Shown: piece by piece, positions 37,570-47,392 of the stretch
How the letters are laid out: each line of letters opens with the position of its first letter
How positions within the stretch are numbered: position 1 is the stretch's first letter
NCBI GenBank assembly: GCA_000934665.2
Contig: JYFJ02002847.1
Coordinates: forward strand, 1 to 49,844
DNA: 49,844 nucleotides
From: Catajapyx aquilonaris
Taxonomy: Eukaryota
Direction: 5' to 3'
Translations under genes and position numbers: made by a program
Notes under the pieces: generated by a model
Seen by the model: only the letters and a program-made list of their open reading frames with translations
The model's database searches: none
Told to the model about the DNA's origin: nothing

Positions 37570-37924
37570 CAGGGGTGGGAAACCTTTCTTCTCCGTAGGC
37601 CGCATAGAGATTTTTAAAAATTTGACGGGCCGCATCTAACAAAGGAAATTTCAACTTATTAAAAGGTTTACAATTATTATATATCCATCCGTTTTAAATG
37701 AACTTCCATTAATTGCATAAATTATCATTAAATTCTCTGAAAATCGATCAAATTAGCTAAATATATCAATGAAAATGGCCTGTATAAACAATAAAAAACA
37801 ATGATTGTGTGGATTTAAAATAATTAAAAAGAAACGCACAAGCGTAAAATTGTGTGATTGTAATTTTCCCAAAATTTTCAGGAATTCCGAAATTTTTGCG
37901 CGGGCCGTAGGTTGCTCACCCCTG
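37570..37924. mobile_element. hAT (Buster/Charlie-like) MITE nested in the piggyBac element
   Basis: TIR CAGGGGTGGGAAACCT / AGGTTGCTCACCCCTG; right flank cacTAtac fits an nnnTAnnn target; left TSD missing. Absent from the sister copy near 47155. Confidence 0.78.
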
Positions 37925-37971
37925 CACTATACACTGTTATTATGGTTGCATAATCCGCATGGTTGCATGGT

Positions 37972-38570
37972 TGAACATCCCAGCTTAGCCTGTTCATTCG
38001 GCAAGTAGAAGGCGTTCCATCTGGAAGCCTGGAGGTTTTGCTGCCCTCCTTCGTCCCATGCAAGGCGTCGGGATGCGGTCTGGTGGTGCCAGCAACTCAG
38101 CAATTGAGATGGTACTCCTGCCTCGCCCGGTCTTTGTTGGTGGACGTCACCTGGGACACGCCGAAGTCAACATCCCAGCTTAGCCTGTTCATTCGGCAAG
38201 TAGAAGGCGTTCCATCTGGAAGCCTGGAGGTTTTGCTGCCCTCCTTCGTCTCATGCAAGGCGTCGGGATGCGGTCTGGTGGTGCCAGCAACTCAGCAATT
38301 GAGATGGTACTCCTGCCTCGCCTGGCCTTTGTTGGTGGACGTCACCTGGGACACGCCGAAGTCAACATCCCAGCATGCTTAGCCTGTTCATTCGGCAATA
38401 TGTTGTAGCCCTCCCCTCCCCCATTATCTGCAAGTACCTGACCAGGCTTCAGATATTTTTTTGTATACATATTTGGTCATATGAGGATATTAAGGACCTC
38501 CTCTTTAATATTCGCTGGCAACCCCATATCTTTGGGAAATGCCGTGATGATGATGATGATGATGATGATG
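37972..38570 (+). mobile_element. Insertion with a 195-bp tandem duplication and (GAT)n tail; probable non-LTR retroposed fragment
   Basis: Absent from the sister copy near 47125-47135. Repeat units start at 37974, 38169 and 38364 (partial); (GAT)n at 38545-38570; short ATGGT duplication at the flanks. Confidence 0.55.
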
Positions 38571-39375
38571 GTAATATCACCACAACACTGTACTATGAGA
38601 AACTCCCAAGGGTCCAAGACTTTACGAGTACCCTGTACTCAGGGCATTTGTTTACATGAAAGATGACGCGACAGCTGCTTGACCTTGGCATGTTCGACGC
38701 AGCTTGGCTCCCGCCCAGTGGATTGTGGGGTTGTCATGGTAGTTTAATCACCATCCACGAGATGGCAGGGCCATATTGAACCGTATTTGGAACTGCAAAG
38801 TTCGAGTTCACTATGCACATACTAGCGCGCCAAATTGAAAAACCATCAGGACATCATAAGACGCACGTAGCCCTCAAAGGATTAAAATCTGACTAGTTCC
38901 AATGGTCACAATTCTATATTAATTTCTTGGTTCATGTTGGCACCGAAACTCCGCAGTTCTTGCTACCGTCAAGCCCGAAAATCCTCACGTTACGTTTGTA
39001 AAGGGAAAAGGTCACGGAGTGGCATCTAAAGAGCTGTCTTGTGCCTTACCATACCAGTAAGCTTGCGCCAGGTTCTAAAGGAGTTTAAGGAATTAAGTGT
39101 TACTTTGACAAGTGCCACTGGTTAAGTAAAACTACCAGTTACCAGCTTGGACTCTGGGCACAAGGGAGATTGCAGCCCATCACGTGACTGGTGCCATAGG
39201 AAACACCCTACCATTGGGAACACTGCCAAGGTCTCCAGTTACGACCCGGGCAACGCCGGGTTTCCTGCTAGTAATGAATAATTCCGTACATATTGAACTT
39301 TTTCGTCGCCATTTACACTTACAGAACTGTAACGGCCAGCTCATTTTCAATCAAATGCAGAAACGCTATAACAAT

Positions 39376-39899
39376 AAGATGGCCAAATCACGCGAGCGTG
39401 ATTCGATGAGACTTTTTTCACATTCTTTCAAGTATGAGCATGTGAATAGATATATCGATACCAAGATGTCGTAACCTAGGCAGCGTATCGATTCCAGTAT
39501 CGGCCTGGGCGATAACATCATGGCGGCCGAGGATGCGCATTTGCAAACATGTCCAACGCCAGGAATTAATTCCACAACCCCTGTGCCAGAGTTCCAGGTA
39601 AAACCCTCGGTAAATCCCCGACACACTTGGTTAGGAATCCACGGAAACTAATTTCCAAATCCAACGTAAAGTAGACTTGTACGGATAGAGTGAATCCGAT
39701 AAACCGTAAGTGGCGGGCCACCGGAAGTTGATCATAAAACCTATTTAGGTCACGCTTAATCCGAATCTGAAACCCGTTTGTCGGATATACGTATCTCTTG
39801 CGGTTTAGGCTATGATATCTGTCCACATACGGACGGTCAGAGCCATTCTATACTATCTATAGTATAATACTTTTTTTTTCGATAAGAAAAAGTATAAAA
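39376..39899 (-). mobile_element. DINE-1/HINE-like Helentron derivative, third copy
   Basis: Reverse complement of 11441-11868 along its length: stem-loop atcacgcgagcgtgat, subTIRs, acggacgg microsatellite remnant, terminal gaaaaagtataaaa. Confidence 0.75.
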
Positions 39900-41206
39900 T
39901 CATCAAAAACAGGTGAGATTGTCTTCTAACCATATGAAACACCGAAGAGAAAGAAAAGGTACACCGAGTGCAATATTTGCTCCTTAGGGGTCTCTAGTCA
40001 TGGCCCCAATCTTCGTGAGATAAACAAGTTATATCCCGGCTAGTAATTTGGTGTAACCAACTCTGTCCTTCTTTTCCTGGAACAAAGCGGGCGGGCTGGA
40101 ATGCTTTATCTTTTATGAGCCCGTAAAGAAGATGATCGCAGATAGCATGCTCCACTTTTCCCCACATACTGTTTCTGCCGTAAATCAGCTCTTCAAATGG
40201 GTCTCGGTGAAACCCTGGCTTATATAAGTTATAACTTTTTCTTGCTTCATGTAATCATTGACCGCACAACCTAATGTATTTCACGTTCGCGTAGCCTATA
40301 AGCTATAACTCTCCATTAGGTCTCGCTAACACACTCAATTCCCTTCATTACGAAAGGTTGATTTTTGTTCTACAGTATACATCAGTATACTTCATCAAGC
40401 AAGAACGCTTTTTCTCGGAATGTACAAGCTACAAACCCTACGCAATGGCAAAATGGCCAAGGGTATTGTGTGGGTTTGTGTGTTGAGGCAAGAACGGGCA
40501 AAGACTTCTTCAGGAGTTGAACAGCTCTTGAACCTTCGACTTAACGTGTTTTCTTCGCGGCATTCAGTGATCGGATAGAGGATCGGATCACGTTGCCTTT
40601 CACGCCCATCAGTCACAAAGCTTCAGACTTCAGATGGGTGGCAACTCTGCTACAAGCACGACAATGTAGAAGCTGTCCGCCATTACGATTTGAAATATTC
40701 CATCAAATTCCGGCGGCGACAAGGCGATTTAATTACACTAGTCAACAATGATTTTGGCACAGGAACCATTTTAGCTGTGTCTAATGCATATACGCTGATT
40801 CCGAATATGAAGTCGGAACGTGTCCATCACCCTCCTTTTTTGCAGTTTTTTTTTGTAATATGCCTACCTTATTATGCAGAAAGTAGGCCTACTGTGCATC
40901 TTTCAATATCACTAATATTTGGGTCAACAATGGTTTTGTTAATTGTACAATTTTCGCTGTGCATGGGTATTGGGTATGACTGCTTAGAAATAATTTCTAA
41001 GCAGGCATACCCATTATTTGACCTGAAAAATGTAAATTGAAAGAAGTTATTGTTGCTACCAATGTTACCAACTTCAATGTTCTCTGTTGTAAATATTTCA
41101 CAACTACTGTGTCTTAACCCTGGAGCAACCCCCCCGCAACTCCATCTTTTTTCTCGTGCGCTTAGCACGTGCCCCTATCCCCGGATGTGGAGTCCTGCAT
41201 ACCCGA

Positions 41207-41351
41207 ATGTGGAGCTCTGTACCAAATCTCATTCGGATGGCTGGTGCTATGGATCTGCAAACTGGAACTGAATGGGATTTGATGCTTTAGGTAAGTCCAG
41301 TACGGTTCACAAGTCATCCGTCAGAATTTGATTTGGTACAGGGCTCCACAT
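41207..41351. mobile_element. Small MITE-like inverted repeat
   Basis: atgtggagctctgtaccaaatc ... gatttggtacagggctccacat (22-bp arms, one mismatch); extra copies of the terminal motif at 41185 and 41352. Confidence 0.6.
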
Positions 41352-41490
41352 ATGTGGAGCCCTGTATCAACAGTTCAAAAATAATTGTCCCTCGCGTCGG
41401 GATGCCACGCGTCAGGATGAAAGCAACCAGTTAACTGGTTCCTTTCATCCTGACGCGTCAAATGTGGGGTACAATATCGTGTAAGCTATA

Positions 41491-41915
41491 CAGGGTGTAT
41501 CTGAACTCAGTGCCCCGACGTATATGACTGCCTTCCTAGCCACCAGAGGATCGATTTAAGTATAGGAGTCATTATGTCTGGGCAGCCTCATTACTGAGAT
41601 ACACTTTTTAGCGATTTTTGCCTAATCGCTCCTTCTGTCTTTTAAATAGAATTTTCTGGTGTAACTAGCCAAAGAGCCCTTACCACCTGTGGGCAACAAA
41701 CCAACAAAGTCCGGCCCCCAGACCTTCCAGAGCCTTCTGACTGGGGGAGGGTTCGATGGGTGGCCTAACCGACAGGATATTTTGTACTACATGTTTGCGG
41801 CCAATTATCTCCGTAATGCGGCGGCCAAACATAATGACTCCTATACTTAAATCGATCCTCTGGTGGCTAGGAAAGCAGTCATATACGTCGGGGCACTGAG
41901 TTCAGATACACCCTG
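41491..41915. mobile_element. Tc1/mariner-type MITE, subfamily B, full-length copy
   Basis: TA|CAGGGTGTATCTGAAC...GTTCAGATACACCCTG|TA; same family as 34814-35219. Confidence 0.93.
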
Positions 41916-44900
41916 TATAATAGCAATGAAATGAATGAATAAAAGTGTAGATATAGGACGAGAAATATGACAACACAGCATTTACAGTAATGTATCAGTG
42001 TAACTCTTACGAAAGCCCCTCATTAAGACACGTTTTGAAAAAAGGCAAACCTGTTACTGCGAGGTTCAGGCATCGTGAAGGGCTGAATTATCATCAACGG
42101 ACTAAAATTACTACGGTACGGTACGAATACGAATTATTTCATTGTTGATATCTAAAGTTTTCAACCTATCACTTGCATCACTATCACTATTGAGAATTAA
42201 TATCTGATGCCATTAATTGTGGATGATTGCGCCTGTTACAGTCACTTCAGAAATTATTTTCGACATTTCGGCCCTTGCTCAAAACTTCTGTGCTCAAGTA
42301 TAGATATGAGTAGGCCAAAATAACGTATGTTTCAGATATTAATAACTCAATGATATCGGAATATGGTATAGTGCTTTGTCAGAACTGGGGAAAAAACTTT
42401 GTGTAAATACATAAATCTGTGGTAATTCACACCCAATAGTATATGACCTCTAATGCCATCTCTTGCAAAATTAGGAAATGACCTGGATAACACAATGGCA
42501 CTGTCACATTCAGCAAGAGAGAGAAAAAACCCGAGACATGTAAACGGCTGTAATTCTACGCGGTTGAAAAGCCACACCCAATAATAAAGTCAGGAAGAAA
42601 AGTTGGCATCCAGGCTACATGAATGGTGGAAAAGCTCATCCCACAACACACAAACATGGTTTTTTGGGCTGCGATGTGTGCCAATTTGCCTCTGGCAAAC
42701 GGGCAGCAATCAGAGCGAGAGGCAGTGTGCCAGGTGGTGCACGCACAAACCGAGAGACCAGATACGTCACGCTACTGCACACACACGTCAGAGAGAACAA
42801 ACTGGTCTGAACGTATTAGGTTTTTCGTAACCATCTTTGCGCCTATACCAAACACACAAGGATATATGACAAAGTAGCAAGAAGGGCGAAAGGCGACACC
42901 CCATGTCTTCCCCTGTCACTCCCCTCTGGGAATTGCCTACAAATGTCATGACAAAAAAACTTGTCAAGCAGTGATTATGTCACCTAAGAATAGTAACTGT
43001 TTTCGAAGCACAATTTTTTTTTTCGTTCGGCGCCGAATGGCTGCAGCTTCTAGCGACGCCATTGCGACAGTGCCGACACGTGCAATGTATGACGGATCGC
43101 AATGCAATTGTGCTGACAAGCCACGGGCAGAGCCCTTAATGGAAGCTCTTAGCCTAGATAAAATGGTGTGACGTTAGCAGAGTAGTAGGGGCGGCTCGCA
43201 TTTTACATGTGATGCATGCGTGCGTTTGCAAGAATTAGGATATAATTACGAACGCCAGTGTTAGGCCTTTTTGCGGGAATCGTTAGTGGGATTGTCGCCA
43301 TTTGCGTGGGTTGTCTTTTGTTTCCGTTGCTGACAGATACAGTGCTTTCAACTGGGTCTCAATTTAGATCCCCCCCCGTTTGTTGGTTCAACCCTGGCTG
43401 TACACGGTACGTATCATCCGCCGTCATTTTTCTTCCGGGCTTAAAATACAATGTGTGGGGCCGTGCGAAAACGTGCCACATTTTCCAGATGTACACAATG
43501 AGGCACAACCACCTCGTATGTACCGATACAATACTGCTGCTTCCACCCAGAAGCGACGGTGAACCTTCTGCATTCACTATTATTTGACTAAAAAACACCC
43601 ATATTATTTGACTTAAAAACACCCACATACAATTCAGGCCTAGTTTTTAAATACGGCTTTACTCCGGCTCACGTAATATTGACCATATAACGCAATCGAC
43701 ACCCTGAAGTTATTGTACTGTAGCACAGTATTTCTGTCGGCCGTAAATTACCCGGGCAACATTGACTCCCACATGTTGACCTACACAATTTATAACTTGG
43801 AATGGCGGTTTCCTGTGAGGGACCCCATACTGCATCGATCGTATGGTAGGCCAAGACTGACTTTATGTGGTGGAAGAATTCATAGTTGTAAAGGGGTCTT
43901 GACTCGACTTTCAAACCCCAAAACTCCAACCAAGCGGATCTGTTGAGTCCTCTTCCGTCCTTCTTTTTTTTCACCCTGAGAACGCCCAAACACCAACACT
44001 TTTTTTTCTTCTTCTTCTCCACAACCCTCTTCTTCTCTATCTCGAAGCTCCCTTTTCCTCCTGCAAAGAAAAGCCGCGTCCAAACCTGATCCCCAATCTT
44101 CGTATTTTTCCTTTCCCTCGTCATCTCCCAATCCGATTTGGCCCTTAGGTTCGACCAGAAATATCGTCTTATGTGCTTCAACTTGTGAAGCCGAGCTGGG
44201 CTAAGCAAGTATCCTAAAGTCATCAAAAAGGGGTGAACATATCCAAGATTTGGATTCTTCATAAGAACATTCGCTGTTCCTTGTCTAATTAAACATAGGT
44301 TAAGATAATTCCAGGATTATGCCAACACTAGAAAAAAAGATTAAACATGCATGGGTAGAAGCGACTGTAATTTGATCATTTTTACAGCCCTATTGCTCAG
44401 GGCGCTGATTTCAGACCATGGAGACACAAAATAATACATCCTGATACATTCGGAGAGCTCTGCATCCCAGCCAGCTTCCCACAAACCTGCTACTTCTACG
44501 CTAGATCAATACTAGGGCTCGCCGCACGTAATTCTGCCACGTGCTGGCCATTCCTCTTTTGTACTGGTTATGCTCCGGAAGTTATTCTGGCCACCACCAA
44601 AATTATGCGTTTACACGGTCTACAATAATGTGTTAGTACCACGCATCCATTACAACACGCAAGCAATTGTCATTAGTTTGGACCGGTTTGGACTATGATT
44701 AGAGATGATCTATTTTTCTGGGAAGTGTTGGACCAACCGACCGCTGACGGAGATGATTAGGAAACATGAGCTATTTCAAGACTCATTTCTGCAAATATTG
44801 TAAAAATAAGCTTCGGATACAAAAATAAACTCACTTACCGTTATGCGACCGTAATGAGAACATTCGATTGCATTATTACCAAGTGAACTATGTCGTAAAA

Positions 44901-46618
44901 AGAAGTGGGTTTTAGCAAGGCCTTAACCCTTTTTTTTATTCCACTCGCTAAATATGAGCTTGGGGTTGGTTGGACTCACCTAAAATTGGAAAGTGCGTGC
45001 TCTAAAAATAGTGTGTGGGTCGTAGGCAAGTGCAGTAACTTGGGAGCAAGTTGCTCCGTTAGTTCACAAAGCCAATCTGTTCTCAAGTCTATCAGACGGT
45101 CTTCCAGAATATATCCGATACCAAACTTCGTTAAGGACGGAAACCGAACTCAAAGCGTTTTGAGTTCTACACCCCCTGGCCACCATTATGAGATCCTCTT
45201 CTGCCAAATCCAATTGGTCGGCTACTCATTTCCCGAGTTGCCTATAGATGGATACTGGATACCGGTGATTGCGAAGCCCTTAGAGAGATTCACCTTCGAC
45301 TCTGGACTATAAGAGTTGCTGGTTATGAATTAAAACCCCCAGGCTGGGACGTGATTCAAAGAGACTCTGGACCCACTTTTTAGTTCTTGGCAAGAGAGCT
45401 TGAGCGTTATTTCTGCGTCCGTCTCTTCACCTTCTACATTTAGAAAACCCAAACATATTAATCAACTTGGTAACACTTCTTTTTTTTCTTTTGCAAGAAC
45501 CGCGTGCTTAGTAGCGGCATGATGTACTTGACTGACAGACTGGCTGAGAAAAAGAAGAAACAGGAACAAAGCTCATGAAAGAATGGAATAATTGGATGCT
45601 ATTTCCAGACAACAAAGGAGTTCTTCTGCCAATGACAGACCAAGTTCAACATTCTCGCTCTTAAGCCCATAACATTAAATTATTCCGTTGGGCAGCGTAC
45701 AGTATACCGGTAGGTGTGTTTAGAGGCAATTCTATTCAACCTGACCTTATTCTAAGCCGTTTATTTTCAACCGAGGCCTTCTTTCACATCTTGTATTTTT
45801 ACACAGTCTACTGTCTGGGGTCCATTCTACGGACGGCATTCACCTTCTTCCTTTGCTTAACACTTTCAAAGCTTCCAAGATATATCTCTCGCACATTCAA
45901 GAGGGATTTTGGATTGGAGGGATTACTTTGGACGATATGCTTCCGGTTTTCTCAATATATATAAAAGCAAAAGGCTGGCGAGGGATACGACATATGATAT
46001 CAAAACAGCATCACATACTGTACATCCTGTGACACAATAATAGACGAATACTGTATCGTTATATACATGATGGTTGTACTGTATTATTTTATTTATGAAA
46101 TCGGCGTGGTATCAATAAAACCAAAACTACATGTGATATTGTGGCAAAAAAGTGTTATGTGAGCCACAGCTTAAACGTGGTTTAACTATGCGTGCCACCA
46201 GCCTTCTTAAATGTGAACTGTAAGTTTGTCACCAGTGTTGACAGATCGGTTTTATCGTAACTGGAGACCTTGGCAGTGTTCCCAATGGTAGGGTGTTTCC
46301 TATGGCACCAGTCACGTGGTGGGCTGCAATCTCCCTTTGTACCCAGAGTCCAAGCTGGTAACTAGTAGTTTTACTTAACCAGTGGCACTTGTCAAATTAA
46401 CGCTTAATTCCTTAAACTCCTCTAGGACCTGGCGCAAGCTTGCTGGTATGGCTAGCAAGGCACAAGGCAGCTCTTTAGATGCCCGTGACCTTTTCCCTTT
46501 ACAAACGTAACGCGAGTGTTTTCGGGTTTGACGGTAGCAAGAACTGCGGAGTTTCGGTGCCAACATGAACCAAGAAATTAATATCGAATTGTGACCACTG
46601 GAACGGGTCAGGTTTTAA

Positions 46619-47392
46619 CCCTTTGAGGCCTACGTGCATATGAGGGTTTTTCAATTTGGCGCGCTAGGATGTACACCCGCGAGCATAAAGATGGAGACTG
46701 CCGGCCCTCACCTTCGGCAGGCTGCTCTGTCAATCTCAGCTATTACGGTATCAAATATACTGTCATAAATACACGAACACACGCCTGAAGCAGCAAACTC
46801 GGTCCAAAAATTAGTTCATTAATATGAGTCGGATAAAGAAAGGTCAAAAAAGGGCCTGCCGTCTCCATCTTTATGCTCGCGGGGGTACATAGCGAATTCG
46901 AACTTTACGGTTCCAAATGCGGTTCAATATGGTCCTGCCATCTATTGGATGGTGACTAAACTACCATGACAACCCCACAATCCACTGGACGGGAGCCAAG
47001 CTGAGTCGAACATGCCAAGGTCACGCAGCTGCCGTGTCATTTTTCATGTAAACAAACGCGCTAAGTACAGGGTACCCGTAAAGTCTGGACCCTTCGGAGT
47101 TTCTCATAGTACAGTGTTGTGGTAATACCATGCAACCATAATAACAGTGTATAGTGGTTATGCAAACTTGTTAGGCCTGTCGACGTTCTGAGAGCCAGAC
47201 GATTATTAAAAAATTATTTATGGGACACCTTGTAGATGATTTTCCCGGAAAGTGACATTCAAAAGGACCACCACGAATTAAAATGATTAATTTTGGCGCG
47301 AAGTTGTTATTAATATCACCCCTACATCGAATTTTACACAAAAAGAGAAACAAACGGCCCAAAAATCTGCCATACACTTAGCCGTCAAAAGG
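46619..47392. mobile_element. piggyBac-type non-autonomous element in H3 (same site as in H2)
   Basis: TTAA|CCCTTTGAGGCCTACG...CTTAGCCGTCAAAAGG|TTAA; homologous to 37340-38881 without its nested inserts. Confidence 0.85.
46674..46885. mobile_element. Tc1/mariner-type MITE nested in the piggyBac element
   Basis: TA|CACCCGCGAGCATAAAGATGGAGAC...GTCTCCATCTTTATGCTCGCGGGGG|TA; empty site visible in H2 near 38815. Confidence 0.85.

Larger units (their letters stand above)
37340..38881. mobile_element. piggyBac-type non-autonomous element in H2
   Basis: TTAA|CCCTTTGACGGCTAAG...CGTAGCCCTCAAAGGA|TTAA; absent from H1 at the same TTAA. Confidence 0.85.
36307..39271 (+). mobile_element. Non-autonomous Helitron family, copy H2 (5'-truncated, intact 3' end, four nested insertions)
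   Basis: Canonical 3' terminus: hairpin CCCGG-gcaacg-CCGGG (39245-39260), then CTAG (39268-39271) followed by T. Homologous to H1 and H3 in inverted orientation. Confidence 0.82.

Noticed and set aside
38140..38175. Kinase-like VDFGVSQ on the minus strand of the 195-bp repeat
   Set aside because: No HRD or APE context and an in-frame stop follows; likely chance.
40872..41021. Minus-strand acceptor plus open frame (SNNGYACLEIISKQ...) as the missing upstream Alk exon
   Set aside because: No MAM N-terminal CxFE/W motif; overlaps a DNA palindrome and ends in stops.
42623..43562. Faint transposase-like words (NMVFWAAM, TVRIIRRH)
   Set aside because: Isolated short matches without ordered neighbouring motifs or TIRs.
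43669..44262. 197-aa minus-strand ORF
   Set aside because: Largely a translation of a purine-rich low-complexity tract (poly-K); no recognisable family or splice context.
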